64,000 nucleotides of DNA from Alphaproteobacteria bacterium (GTDB lineage: Bacteria; Pseudomonadota; Alphaproteobacteria; SP197). Shown piece by piece: positions 18,664 to 29,331 of this stretch. Every line of letters starts with the position of its first letter. Positions within the stretch are counted from its first letter, which is position 1. The translations under genes were made by a program, and so were the position numbers. Under the pieces are notes generated by a model. The model did no database searches, was not told where the DNA came from, and saw nothing but the letters and a program-made list of their open reading frames with translations. The stretch spans positions 1,088,001-1,152,000 of the forward strand of contig OZ219747.1 of NCBI GenBank assembly GCA_964291265.2, written 5' to 3'.

Positions 18664-21081
18664 TCAGCCGAGAAGGCGCGTGTTGTCGGGATCGAACGGC
18701 GCTTCAGGGGCGATGCGCGCCCGTCGCGGTTCCCCGAGAATCTCGACATGGAGCGAGGAGGACGCAAGGTCGATGCCAGGGTCGAGGTAGGCCAGCGCAA
18801 TCGACTGTCCCACATGGTGACCGAAGCCGCCCGAGGACACCGTACCCACCACCTCGCCGTTCATCAGGACGGGTTCGTTTCCCCAGGCGTCGGCATCATC
18901 GGCGTCGACGAGGAGGGTGCAAAGCCGGTAGCGGAGTCCCTGGTTGTGGGCCTTGAGAAGCGCATCACGGCCGATGAAGCCACCCTTGTCCATGGCGACG
19001 AAGCGCCCCAGCCGCGCTTCGAAGGGGGTCGTGTCTGCGGTGAATTCCGCGCCCCAGCGCCCGTAACCTTTCTCGAGCCGCAGGGAATCGAGGGCCCTTG
19101 CTCCGCAGGCGACGAGATCGAGGTCCGCGCCTGCCGCCGTCAGGGCGCAGTAGAGTGCCTTCAGGTTGTCCCGCCTCACATGGATCTCGTACCCGAGATC
19201 GCCCGTGAAGGAGATGCGCATGACGAAGGCCGGCATGCCGTCGATCTCCATGCGGCGCGCAGTCAGGAAGGGGAATGCGGCGTTCGAGACATCGTCAAGC
19301 GCGACTTTCCCAAGGAGTGTCCGGGCCCTGGGCCCGGCAATGGCAAAGCCGCCATAGTGTCTGGTTTCGCTCCGCAACCAGACATCATAGCGTGGCAGGA
19401 ACTGCGCGAAGTGGCGCATGTGGAAGGCCTCGGCGGCACCGGAGCCGATCAGCCAGAACGCCGCATCCGAGAGACGTGTCACGGTGAAGTCACCGATGAT
19501 CCCGCCGGCGGCATTGAGCATGGGCGCCAGGACCGTGCGTCCGAGTTTTCGGGGAAGCCGACAGGCCAGCAGATGGTCGAGGAAGGCGGCTGCGTCCGGA
19601 CCGTCGATCACGTAGCGGGCGAAGCCGGTGATCTCGATCATGCCGACGGTTCGGCGCAGAGCACGGCACTCGCGCCCGACGGCGGTGAACCAGTTGGGCC
19701 GGCGGAAGGAAGGAACGTCGCGCGCCTCCTCTCCTGGATGGGCAAACCACAGGGGACGCTCGAGACCGAAGGCGGCGCCGAAGACCGCGCCCTTGTCTGC
19801 CATGATGTCATGCACCGGAGATGTCCTCACCGGTCTTCCCGACTCGTGTTCCTCTTCCGGCCAGCCGATGGCGAACCGCTTCGAGTAGGTCTCCGCCGAA
19901 CGCGCCAGGACATAGGTCCGGTCCGCCCAGTTGCCGAAGCGGGTGACGTCGAGCGGCATCACGTCAAGCGGCGGCACGCCTTCGAGAATCCAGTCCGCCA
20001 GCGCCCAGCCCACTCCGGCACTCTGGGAGAATCCGGGAATCATGCCGGCGGCGACGAAGTGGCCCCGCTTGCCGGGGACGGGACCGACGAGGGCCGCGCC
20101 GTCGGGTGACCACATCATCGGCCCATTGACGACCCTCTTCACCCCGGCGGACCCGAGGCAGGGCACGATGGAGATGGCGGCCTCCATGTTAGCGGAGATG
20201 CGATCGAGGTCGTCCGGCAGGAGTTCCATGCCGAAGTCGTCCGGCGTGCCGTCAACGGCCCAGTGGACGCCTTCGCGCTCATAGCACCCAAGCAGCATGC
20301 CGGCGCCTTCCTGGCGCAGGTAGAATTCGCTGTCCTGGTCGCGGGTCAGGGGGAGTTCACCCTCCAGTGCGGCAACCTCGGCGATGTCGTCGGTGACGAC
20401 ATATTGATGTTCCATGGGGACGAGCGGCAGAGTGTAGTCGGCCATGGCCGCCACTTCCCTTGCCCAGAGCCCCGCGGCGTTGACGACCGTTTCGGCGACG
20501 ACCGTGCCCGCGGGCGTGGCAATGTCCCAGTCGCCGTCGCCGCGTCGGATGAAGCCGGTCACGGGCGTGTTCCTGGCGATGGCTCCGCCGGCCTGGCGCA
20601 CGCCCGCGGCGAAGGCTTGGGTCACTCCGGAAGGATCGACGTGGCCGTCCGTCGCTCCCCACATGCCGCCCAGAATCCGGCTGGTGTCGACGAGCGGGTT
20701 GAGCCGACGGATGTCATTCGGGCCGATGATCTCGAACTCCTGGCCGAGATAGCGCGCCCGCGCCCGCTGGATCTTCAGTTCGTCGAGGCGGTCAATGCTG
20801 GTGGCGAGGTAGAGTCCGCCGCAGCGATGCAGGCCGCAGGATTGGCCGGTCTCCTCCTCGAGGCTGTCGTAGAGCCTCAGTGAATAGTCCTGCAGGCGGG
20901 CAAGACTGGTGTTGGTGTGCATGGCGTGGACGTTGGCGGCGGCATGCCATGTCGACCCCGACGTCAGGTCGGCACGCTCGAGCAGCAGCACGTCCGAACA
21001 TCCGGCGCGGATCAGGTGCCATGCAATGGCGCAACCGACAACGCCGCCGCCGACGATCACGACACGGGCCTGGGACTTCAT
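18664..21081 (-). CDS. Dimethylglycine/sarcosine dehydrogenase family (FAD + GcvT domains)
   Basis: VVIVGGG, LTSGSTWHAA, GDLGYEIH, LRLEKGY. Confidence 0.88.
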   Translation of the reverse strand: MKSQARVVIVGGGVVGCAIAWHLIRAGCSDVLLLERADLTSGSTWHAAANVHAMHTNTSLARLQDYSLRLYDSLEEETGQSCGLHRCGGLYLATSIDRLDELKIQRARARYLGQEFEIIGPNDIRRLNPLVDTSRILGGMWGATDGHVDPSGVTQAFAAGVRQAGGAIARNTPVTGFIRRGDGDWDIATPAGTVVAETVVNAAGLWAREVAAMADYTLPLVPMEHQYVVTDDIAEVAALEGELPLTRDQDSEFYLRQEGAGMLLGCYEREGVHWAVDGTPDDFGMELLPDDLDRISANMEAAISIVPCLGSAGVKRVVNGPMMWSPDGAALVGPVPGKRGHFVAAGMIPGFSQSAGVGWALADWILEGVPPLDVMPLDVTRFGNWADRTYVLARSAETYSKRFAIGWPEEEHESGRPVRTSPVHDIMADKGAVFGAAFGLERPLWFAHPGEEARDVPSFRRPNWFTAVGRECRALRRTVGMIEITGFARYVIDGPDAAAFLDHLLACRLPRKLGRTVLAPMLNAAGGIIGDFTVTRLSDAAFWLIGSGAAEAFHMRHFAQFLPRYDVWLRSETRHYGGFAIAGPRARTLLGKVALDDVSNAAFPFLTARRMEIDGMPAFVMRISFTGDLGYEIHVRRDNLKALYCALTAAGADLDLVACGARALDSLRLEKGYGRWGAEFTADTTPFEARLGRFVAMDKGGFIGRDALLKAHNQGLRYRLCTLLVDADDADAWGNEPVLMNGEVVGTVSSGGFGHHVGQSIALAYLDPGIDLASSSLHVEILGEPRRARIAPEAPFDPDNTRLLG

Positions 21082-21268
21082 GGAGACACTTCCGCAGAAG
21101 GAGACATTCGGGCCTTCACAAACCGGCTCACGAGGACCGCGTTCCGGCCATGCGCCAACAGGGCGTACAGTACAGAAGATCAGGACCCCGGCAACTCCCG
21201 TACCCTTGGACCGCGGCGGCCGGCCATCCGGCACGGTGCGGGGAACAGGTCAGGGCGAGCGGGGCAGA

Positions 21269-21997
21269 TCATGATCCTGGCGGGACATACGATACAGCGT
21301 CGGCGAGTGCGTCCACCAGGCGGGCGCGACTGGCCCCGTCACGGTCGTGGGGCGAGAAGGGTGGAACGATGGCATCGTACTCCCTCATGGCGAGGCGAAC
21401 CTCGCGGGCTTCCGCCGACGAATAGGATGTCCTCGTTCCGTCGCGCGTGAGCCATTTCAGACGCTCGACGGCGACAGTCTTGCGGGCAATGTTCCGGATG
21501 TCCCAGGAGTCATGGACGCAGATGCCCCATGTCCCGGCACGCCAGTTGGTCCAGACATATGTCTCGAAGTGAATGTCGAAACCCTGCTGGTGGATGGAGC
21601 CGTCATCAGCCATGAAACCCCCGTACGCGATGGCGGCGGCGCCATGGTGAACGAGACCCTCGAGAAAACCGTTGCGAAGCTCCTCCTTGAGCACCGGAGC
21701 GAGCTGTTGGGGGGAACTCTTGCTGAGGCGTGGCGCAATCGACAGGATCCAGGTGACGATGTCCGCTGCGAAGTACCGAGAGACGGTCCTCAGGGAGATC
21801 GTGTCGGCATCGCCGTTGATGTGGGCCCACATCTCCTTGCGGTGGCGACGTTGATAGCTGGCGCCAGGCATGCATCCGGCGGTGATCAGGTCCTCGAGGC
21901 GATCGGTTGTCAGTCCTGTCCTTTCCGCGATCTCCCGGAGCGACACGTAGCGCTCTTCAAGATAGGATTCGAGTTCGTCGGTAGTCCAGTTCGCCAT
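21269..21997 (-). CDS. DUF6058-like protein
   Basis: GCMPGASY, GTWGICV, IARK, PFSPHDR..SR..LV motifs. Confidence 0.6.
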   Translation of the reverse strand: MANWTTDELESYLEERYVSLREIAERTGLTTDRLEDLITAGCMPGASYQRRHRKEMWAHINGDADTISLRTVSRYFAADIVTWILSIAPRLSKSSPQQLAPVLKEELRNGFLEGLVHHGAAAIAYGGFMADDGSIHQQGFDIHFETYVWTNWRAGTWGICVHDSWDIRNIARKTVAVERLKWLTRDGTRTSYSSAEAREVRLAMREYDAIVPPFSPHDRDGASRARLVDALADAVSYVPPGS

Positions 21998-22045
21998 TTT
22001 TCAATCCGGATGGCTTGACATGTATATTTTATTGGATGGTGAAGT

Positions 22046-22741
22046 ATGAATGTCAAGGCGACGATGATGACGGTCGGGTCGATGATCGGATCGCCGGCCC
22101 GGGCGGCGATGCTTGTCGCCCTTCTGGACCGGCGGGCGCTGACGGCTACCGAACTGGCGCGCCGGGCATCAGTTTCATCGGCTTCGGCAAGTCAGCACCT
22201 GGCGAAGCTCGTCGCATCGGGACTGCTGGTCGTCGAAAGGCACGGACGGCATCGCTACTATGCCATGGCCTCCGCTGACATCGCCTCGGCCCTCTCGACG
22301 CTCGAGAGCCTCGGCGCTCCTCTCCCCGAACCTCCGGCACCCAGGAAGTCGGCCGCGATTCACCGGGCGCGTCTGTGTTACGACCATGTTGCCGGCGGTC
22401 TCGGCGTCGGCATCACCGACGCCATGCTGAAAAACGGCTGGCTCGAATCGTCAGGCCGTGACTATCGGCTGACAGAATCGGGTGACACCTTCATGCGGCA
22501 CCTCGGCGTCGATGTCGATGGCGCCCGGGCGAGGCGGCGCCTCTTTGCCCGCGTATGTCTCGACTGGAGCGAACGCCGCGCACACCTGTCGGGGGCTCTC
22601 GGCGCCGCCCTCGCCACCCGGCTGTTCGAACTGGACTGGCTGGAGAGTTCCGGGCGCGGGCGCGAGCTCCGCGTGACCGCCGGCGGCGAGACGGAGTTCA
22701 CCCGCCTGTTCGGCATGACGATCGCGAGAGAGGGTGAGTGA
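22046..22741 (+). CDS. ArsR/SmtB family transcriptional regulator
   Basis: ASQHLAKL...GRHRYY; ARLCYDHVAG and CLDWSERR.HL.G. Confidence 0.9.
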   Translation: MNVKATMMTVGSMIGSPARAAMLVALLDRRALTATELARRASVSSASASQHLAKLVASGLLVVERHGRHRYYAMASADIASALSTLESLGAPLPEPPAPRKSAAIHRARLCYDHVAGGLGVGITDAMLKNGWLESSGRDYRLTESGDTFMRHLGVDVDGARARRRLFARVCLDWSERRAHLSGALGAALATRLFELDWLESSGRGRELRVTAGGETEFTRLFGMTIAREGE

Positions 22742-23029
22742 CCGCTGACGCCCCAAACGACAGGACCATTCTGTTGTCGTGATCGGCGCTGGACAACCGC
22801 GTCAGAGTGGCCGTTCTTGAATCTGGTGGCACCTTCTCGAGGTCGAAACCGGCATATCGACAACGAAATCCGGTCCCGAATGGACCTCCAGATCTGCCTG
22901 CAACGCCCCTCGTCGGACGAAGGAAGAGCCCTGCCCCAAACGGTTGTTCGAAAACGACGGAGCCTGTGCCATGGTACGAGGAGCGTCGCGGCAAACCCCT
23001 CCCACAGGAAACAGGACACGGATTGAACG

Positions 23030-24217
23030 ATGCGCCAGCCTCCTGTGCGCAGGCCGTCCCTGCCTGTCCTGGTGATGATCTCGTCGATCGGCCCCCTGGC
23101 GCTGCAGGTTCTGGTCCCGGCGATGCCCGGCCTGACCAGCGACTTCCACGCGGACTTCTCCATCACGCAGATGTCTCTCTCGGTCTACCTCGTCGGCATG
23201 GTGGCGGGACAGCTCGTCTACGGTTCGCTCTCCGACAGGTTCGGCCGCCGTCCGGTCCTCATGGCGGGACTGGTGGTCTATGTCGGCGGCACTCTCTTCT
23301 GCCTGGTGGCGTGGGACATCGTCGCGCTCATCATCGGCCGGGCGTTCCAGGCGCTCGGTGGCAGCGCCGGGATCGTGCTGGCGCGGGCCATCATCAGGGA
23401 CATCCACGATCGCGAAGGATCGGCGCAGCTGCTCGCCTATGTCACGGCGGGCATGATTCTCGCTCCGATGATCGGCGCCATCGCCGGCGGTTACCTCTAC
23501 GAGTGGTATGGCTGGCAATCGGTCATGCTGCTGGTACTGATCATCGGCGTTATCGTCACGGGTGTCTGCATCGTTGCCCTGAGCGAGACCAACACGAGGC
23601 GGACCTCTCGAACCTCGTTTCCGGACATGGCGAGGGATTGCGCGAGCCTCCTGCGCAAGCGCCAATTCCGGGGCTATGCCCTTCAGGTGGCCTTCACCAC
23701 GGCGTCGTTCTTCACGTTCCTGGGAGGCGCGTCGGCAGTGGCCGTGGTGGTCTACGGCCGCAGTCCGTCGGAGTACGCCCTGTGGTTCGTGTTGGTTTCG
23801 GGCAGCTACATGACCGGCAACTTCATCTCCGGGCGCATCAGCCGTCGAGTCGGCATCGACCGGATGATCACCATCGGGACCGCGTTTTCGTCCACGGCCG
23901 CTCTCGTCATGGTGGTGCTCTTCGTGTCCGGCTGGTTCGGGCTGGTGCACTTCTTCGTGCTGGCCGGCATGATGTCCCTGGGCAACGGTTTCAGCATGCC
24001 CAACGGCTTCGCCGGGATCGTCAGCATCGATCCCGGCCGCGTCGGCACGGCATCAGGGCTCTCCGGGGCCCTGCAGATGGGTCTGGGCGCCATCGCCATG
24101 ACCGTCGTCGGCCACACCCTGGCGGAAGACCCGATGCCGGTGATCGTCATCATGTTCGTCCTTGCGCTGCTGGCCCTGATCGCCCATTGGCATGGCACGA
24201 GAGGGGACGTACCTTGA
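23030..24217 (+). CDS. Bcr/CflA family MFS efflux transporter
   Basis: GSLSDRFGRRPV motif A, many TM segments. Confidence 0.9.
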   Translation: MRQPPVRRPSLPVLVMISSIGPLALQVLVPAMPGLTSDFHADFSITQMSLSVYLVGMVAGQLVYGSLSDRFGRRPVLMAGLVVYVGGTLFCLVAWDIVALIIGRAFQALGGSAGIVLARAIIRDIHDREGSAQLLAYVTAGMILAPMIGAIAGGYLYEWYGWQSVMLLVLIIGVIVTGVCIVALSETNTRRTSRTSFPDMARDCASLLRKRQFRGYALQVAFTTASFFTFLGGASAVAVVVYGRSPSEYALWFVLVSGSYMTGNFISGRISRRVGIDRMITIGTAFSSTAALVMVVLFVSGWFGLVHFFVLAGMMSLGNGFSMPNGFAGIVSIDPGRVGTASGLSGALQMGLGAIAMTVVGHTLAEDPMPVIVIMFVLALLALIAHWHGTRGDVP

Positions 24218-24245
24218 AGGCGACGACGAACCGGGAGATGCGACC

Positions 24246-25217
24246 TTGAGAGCCTTGCTGTGTCACGCCTGGGGGGGCCCTGAAGACCTCGTCGTGAGCA
24301 ACGTGCCCGAACCCGAGCCCGGTCCCGGTGAAGTCGTCATCCGCGTCGAGGGCTGCGGGATCAACTTCGCCGATACCCTCATCATCCAGGGCACGTACCA
24401 GGTGAGACCCGAACACCCCTTCACGCCGGGCATGGAAGTGGCCGGCACGGTCCTGCAAACCGGGCCCGGGGTGGAGGACTTCAGTCCCGGAGATGCGGTC
24501 ATCGGCATGCCCGGTATCGGTGGCTTCGCCGAGCAGGTGGTATGCGAGGTTTCCCAGGTGATGCGACGCCCCGCGGGCATCGATGCCGTGACGGCCGCCG
24601 CCATTCCCATCGTCTACGGCACGGCGCATATCGGTCTTGCGCACCGGGGCATGCTTCGGCCAGGCGAGAGTCTCCTCGTGCACGGAGCGTCGGGCGGCGT
24701 TGGCCTTGCCGCGGTCGAGGTGGGCAAGGCCATGGGCGCCTTCGTCATCGCCACGGCGAGCAGCGCCGACAAGCTGGAGACGGCCCGCCGTCACGGCGCG
24801 GACCATGTCATCGACTATGGCGCAGGTGAATTCCGCAACGAAGTCAAGGAGATCACGAAAGGCGGTGCAGACGTCATCTTCGATCCCGTGGGGGGTGACG
24901 TCTTCGACCAGTCATTGCGCTGCATTGCCTGGGAGGGACGGTTGCTCACGATTGGATTTGCCTCGGGACGCATTCCCCAGGCGCCTGCCAACATCCTGCT
25001 GGTCAAGAACATCGCCGTCATCGGCGTTCACTGGTCCAATTACCGCGAAAGCCAACCCGAACTCCTCAACCGATCCTTCGACCGGATCTTCACGTGGATA
25101 TCCGACGGGACGCTGCGCCCGCTGGTCTCGAGGACCTGTACTCTCGGTGAGGCGCCGCAGGCGCTCGCCGACCTCGCCGGCCGCCGGGCCCGCGGCAAGA
25201 TCGTGGTCGCTCCCTGA
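24246..25217 (+). CDS. NADPH:quinone oxidoreductase (MDR family)
   Basis: GINFAD, PFTPG.E, GASGGVG, GKIV; probable TTG start. Confidence 0.88.
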   Translation: MRALLCHAWGGPEDLVVSNVPEPEPGPGEVVIRVEGCGINFADTLIIQGTYQVRPEHPFTPGMEVAGTVLQTGPGVEDFSPGDAVIGMPGIGGFAEQVVCEVSQVMRRPAGIDAVTAAAIPIVYGTAHIGLAHRGMLRPGESLLVHGASGGVGLAAVEVGKAMGAFVIATASSADKLETARRHGADHVIDYGAGEFRNEVKEITKGGADVIFDPVGGDVFDQSLRCIAWEGRLLTIGFASGRIPQAPANILLVKNIAVIGVHWSNYRESQPELLNRSFDRIFTWISDGTLRPLVSRTCTLGEAPQALADLAGRRARGKIVVAP

Positions 25218-25232
25218 CATGGCGAGGGAAAC

Positions 25233-26015
25233 GTGATGAAACATGAAGGCAAGGTTGCGGTGGTGACCGGAGCGGCCCAGGGAATCGGCCTCGCCTGCGC
25301 TGGACGGCTCGCGGGTGAAGGCGCTCTGGTCGTCATGGGAGACATCCAGGGGGAGAAGGTGGCCGGGGAGGCAGAGGCGCTGGGCGCCGTCGCCATGGCT
25401 ACCGATGTGTCGCGTCGCGACGACGTCGACGCCCTCGTCCGGTGTGCCGTGGACACGCACGGCAGGCTCGATATCATGGTCAACAATGCCGGTGTCGGTT
25501 TCAACGCCGGTGTTCTGGACATCGGAGAAGAGGATTTTGACCGCATCCTCGGTGTCAACCTCAAGGGTGTGCTGTTCGGATCCCAAGCAGCGGCGCGCGT
25601 CATGGTGGAGCAGGCATCCGGCGGCGCCATCGTCAACATGACCTCGGTCCAGGCCGAGCTCGCGATACCCAACAGTGTTGCCTATGGCGTCTCGAAGGCG
25701 GGGATCAATCAGCTGACCAGGATCTTCTCTGTCGCCCTGGCGCGCCACAATGTCAGGTGCAACGCCGTGGGTCCCGGTACCATCCTCACCGACATGGCGC
25801 GAGGCGCCGTCCTCTCCAGCGACGAGGCCTACCGGATGATCCTGTCGCGCACGCCTCTGGGTCGCCTGGGCGGGGCGGACGAGGTCGCCTCCGTCGTCTC
25901 ATTCCTGGCAAGCGACGATGCCTCCTATGTCACGGGCCAGATCATCTATCCCGACGGCGGCCGCATGCCGGTGAACTACACCGTGCCGGTGGAGGCTCTG
26001 CCCGCCCTCGACTGA
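25233..26015 (+). CDS. Short-chain dehydrogenase/reductase
   Basis: TGAAQGIG, NNAG, YGVSK. Confidence 0.9.
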   Translation: MMKHEGKVAVVTGAAQGIGLACAGRLAGEGALVVMGDIQGEKVAGEAEALGAVAMATDVSRRDDVDALVRCAVDTHGRLDIMVNNAGVGFNAGVLDIGEEDFDRILGVNLKGVLFGSQAAARVMVEQASGGAIVNMTSVQAELAIPNSVAYGVSKAGINQLTRIFSVALARHNVRCNAVGPGTILTDMARGAVLSSDEAYRMILSRTPLGRLGGADEVASVVSFLASDDASYVTGQIIYPDGGRMPVNYTVPVEALPALD

Positions 26016-26021
26016 GGCTCG

Positions 26022-26560
26022 GTCCCGGCGTTCCTCGACCCCGACACGGATCATGACGATGCCATGGCCCCCTCGTGGCCGGATGCTGCCTCGACCTGCG
26101 GGGAATGACCACGGTCTTCGGCAACGCGACCGTCGCCGCGGCCAACATATGCAGGATTCCGGAACTCGCCGGACTCGCTTGCGTTCCCGTCGTCGCCAGC
26201 GTGGCCGCACCACTTGACGGTGCCTTCGTGCATGAAGCCGGAGGCCATGACCCGCCGCTACCGGCCAGTGGGCCCGTCGATGAACCGGCCGTGGACTTCA
26301 TGGTCCGCAACGTTGCTGCCACCACGGGACTCCTTCTCGTCGCCGCCGGCCCGCTCACCAGCATCGCCCGGGTCCTGACGTCCTTTCCGGGACCACGATG
26401 AGCGTCGGCATAGTCAACATCGTTCCGATTGAATGCCGTGTCGAGGTTCCAGCGGCCCCTCCCACCTGCGAGACCGTCGATGTCCTTGCCGCGTTCATGT
26501 TCTCCCCGAAGCCTGTCAACGTGGATGTCACGATCACCAAGGGGTCCGGACCCTCTTCGA
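26022..26560 (+). pseudogene. Nucleoside hydrolase remnant
   Basis: Fragments D.DHDDAMA, TTVFGNA, AVDF, GPLT.IA, KPVNVDV spread across frames. Confidence 0.65.
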
Positions 26561-26816
26561 GCCGGGAGCGGGATTGTTCGCTCTCCATTCCCGCGCCGGG
26601 GAGATTGCGAGATCGACCGGTTTCGCAGCGGGCCGCGGCAGTTTCGGCTTGAGGGAGTGACGGCCATTTCACCGGTGCGCTCCACATTCCCGCACTCGAC
26701 TGCCTCGGACTCCGCGCTGATGCCGCCCACGCACGACGAGCCCATCTTCGCTTCCTCCCCGGTGTCCAGGGGGTGCCTTCTGGCCGGCCTCCTTGAGAAT
26801 CTCCGGGATGCGGAGT

Positions 26817-27935
26817 TCAACGCCCCGTGAACGGCAGGTCCGTGACCTCTCCGTCTCGCATGCCGTCGGGTGTGGCGACCGTGACAGGCGTTCCCGGATC
26901 CCAGGCGCTGCGCTCCATCATGGCAAGGGCGATGTTGGTGGCAAGGTCAGGTGAGAAGGCTGCCGATGTCACCTGTCCGGCCGTCGCGCCGGAGTGGAGG
27001 ACGGGCCAGGGCTCGACACAGCCCGGCGCTGCTCTTCCATCGAACCTGACGCCGCGGATGATCCTCACCGGTCCGCCCGAATCGCGGATGCGCTCGAGGG
27101 TGTCACGGGCGATGAATTCCACGGGTGATTCGAGATTCACGAATCGGTCGAGACCGCACTCGAAGGGATTGTTCTCCTGCGTCATGTCGTTGCCGTGCGA
27201 GAGCAGGGCTCCCTCGATGCGCTCGATGAGATTCGGACAGCCCGGTCCCACGCAGAGATCCTCGCCTGCGGCGAACAGGGCGTCCCAAAGGGCCTGTCCG
27301 CTGGCAGCATCGTCGATGTAGATCTCGAATCCGCCCTGCCTGGACCATCCCGAACGCGCCACCACGAATGCATGGCCGGCAAAGGGCAGTTGTGCAAAGC
27401 CGAAGAAGCGGATGTCGCGCACCTGCTCGCCGAGCACCCTCGACAGGAGGTCGTCGGCCCTGGGCCCCTGGACGGCGATGGGTCCGACACCCGGCTCGAA
27501 GACACGCGCGTCGAGACCCAGACCAAGCGCGAGCCCCTTGCCCCAAAGCGCGACGTCGGAATCGGCGAGGGAAATCCAGAAACGGTTTTCCGCCAGACGC
27601 AGGATGACCGGGTCATTGATCATGCCCCCCGTCTCGTCCACCAGGGGCGCATAGGCACACCGGCCCGGAGCCAGCCGGGAGATGTCGCGCGGCGTCATCA
27701 TCTGCACGAGGTGGGCCGCGTCCGGACCCACCACCTCGACTTGCTGTTCACAGCTGACGTCCCAGACCTGAACATGCCGTTTGAGGTGATGGTAGTCCTC
27801 CTCAAGCCCGCGGAAGAACGTCGGCAAGAGCATGTGGTTGTAGACAGTGAAACCGCCGACGCCCTGTGCCTCGATTCGTGACGAGAATGGTGTACGGCGG
27901 GTGCGGCGCGATATGGAGATCGCGGGTTCTTTCAT
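26817..27935 (-). CDS. dmdA: Dimethylsulfoniopropionate demethylase
   Basis: SRR.RRTPF, TVYNHMLLP, DYHHLK.HVQVWDV, GPGCPNLIERIE. Confidence 0.85.
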   Translation of the reverse strand: MKEPAISISRRTRRTPFSSRIEAQGVGGFTVYNHMLLPTFFRGLEEDYHHLKRHVQVWDVSCEQQVEVVGPDAAHLVQMMTPRDISRLAPGRCAYAPLVDETGGMINDPVILRLAENRFWISLADSDVALWGKGLALGLGLDARVFEPGVGPIAVQGPRADDLLSRVLGEQVRDIRFFGFAQLPFAGHAFVVARSGWSRQGGFEIYIDDAASGQALWDALFAAGEDLCVGPGCPNLIERIEGALLSHGNDMTQENNPFECGLDRFVNLESPVEFIARDTLERIRDSGGPVRIIRGVRFDGRAAPGCVEPWPVLHSGATAGQVTSAAFSPDLATNIALAMMERSAWDPGTPVTVATPDGMRDGEVTDLPFTGR

Positions 27936-28020
27936 GGTCCGGTTCCCGGAGGCGGAAAATGCAGGGCGATCGTGCTACGGTCGGTGATCGATGTATAGTG
28001 TTTCGCGAGTGGGACAGGAC

Positions 28021-28650
28021 ATGGTGAAGCTCGACATTCTCCAGAGGATCTACGAGTGCGGGAATCTCGACGAACTTCGGGAAATTTATGATTCCTGGGC
28101 CAACACCTACGATTCGACGATATCCGGGACGCTGAACTACCGCGGTCACGAATTCATTGTCGACGCAGTACGTCCCCATCTTGGCGACGACGCGAGAATT
28201 CTCGATGCCGGAGCCGGCAGCGGCATGGTCGGGCTGATGGCGTCACGGGCGGGATTTACCCGCGTCGACGCGATGGATCTCTCGATGGGCATGCTGGAGA
28301 TCGCGAGAGAGCGCGGTGTCTACCACGAGGTGCGCACCGGCGTTCTCGGCGAAACGCTGGACTATCCCGACAACACCTACGATGCCGTGCTCAGTTCGGG
28401 TGTTTTCACGCCTGGCCATGCGCCACCGACATCGTTCGACGAGATCATCCGCATCGTCAAGCCGGGAAGGCTTGTCTGCTTCACGCTGCGCCACGACCAG
28501 ACACCACTGGGGTTCATCGAGAAGTTCGATGAACTCACCGCGGCCGGATCGTGGCAGCGGGTGTGGGTGAGCGAGCCATTCCAGTCCATGCCCGGAGGTG
28601 AACCGGAGATCCGCCACCGGACCTGGCTCTTCCGGGTGGCGTCGGCGTGA
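28021..28650 (+). CDS. Class I SAM-dependent methyltransferase
   Basis: YDSWA.TYD, ILDAGAGSG, GVFTPGH. Confidence 0.85.
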   Translation: MVKLDILQRIYECGNLDELREIYDSWANTYDSTISGTLNYRGHEFIVDAVRPHLGDDARILDAGAGSGMVGLMASRAGFTRVDAMDLSMGMLEIARERGVYHEVRTGVLGETLDYPDNTYDAVLSSGVFTPGHAPPTSFDEIIRIVKPGRLVCFTLRHDQTPLGFIEKFDELTAAGSWQRVWVSEPFQSMPGGEPEIRHRTWLFRVASA

Positions 28651-29327
28651 CGGGCGCGAACCCTGAGAGCGGATGCCCGGTTCGCATCTGGGATCGTCCG
28701 ACGCGGGTGTTCCACTGGATGCTCGTCGTCCTCTTCATCGTCTGCTATGTCAGCGGTGACCGTGGCCGGTTCGACATCCATGTCCTGGCTGGCCAGGCTT
28801 TGCTGATCCTTGTCGTAGCGCGGATCATCTGGGGGTTCGTGGGCAGTGATACCGCCCTGTTTCGCAGCTTCCTGCGACCCCCGGGGGAGGTCGTGGCCCA
28901 AGTCCGGTCCCTTGGCGAGCGCCGTCCCGGCCATGATGCCGGCCATAATCCCCTTGGCGGACTGTCAGTCGTCCTGATGCTGTTCGTTCTCGTCATCCAC
29001 ACGGCATCCGGGCTCTTCGCGGCGGATGTCGACGGATGGAACGAGGGACCGCTTTCGCATGCCGTCAGCTACGATGCGGCACGCAGCGCCTCGGGCGTTC
29101 ACGCCGTCACGGTCGACATCCTGCTCGTGCTTGTCGCCCTTCATGTCGCTGCAGTCGGATTCCACTGGCTCTACAAGCGTGACAACCTCGTCTTTCCCAT
29201 GATGACCGGTCGCAAGCACCTTCCTCCGGGTCACGATGTGCCGCGCCTCGCTCCGGATCTCCTGGCCCTTGTCACGCTCGCCGTTGCCGCATCAATCGTG
29301 ATCGGAGTGCTGAAAGCCGCCGGATAG
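28647..29327 (+). CDS. Cytochrome b (hydrogenase-cytochrome-b/b561 type)
   Basis: WD.PTRVFHW, GHNPLGG, His-bearing TM helices. Confidence 0.85.
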   Translation: MTGANPESGCPVRIWDRPTRVFHWMLVVLFIVCYVSGDRGRFDIHVLAGQALLILVVARIIWGFVGSDTALFRSFLRPPGEVVAQVRSLGERRPGHDAGHNPLGGLSVVLMLFVLVIHTASGLFAADVDGWNEGPLSHAVSYDAARSASGVHAVTVDILLVLVALHVAAVGFHWLYKRDNLVFPMMTGRKHLPPGHDVPRLAPDLLALVTLAVAASIVIGVLKAAG

Positions 29328-29331
29328 ACGT

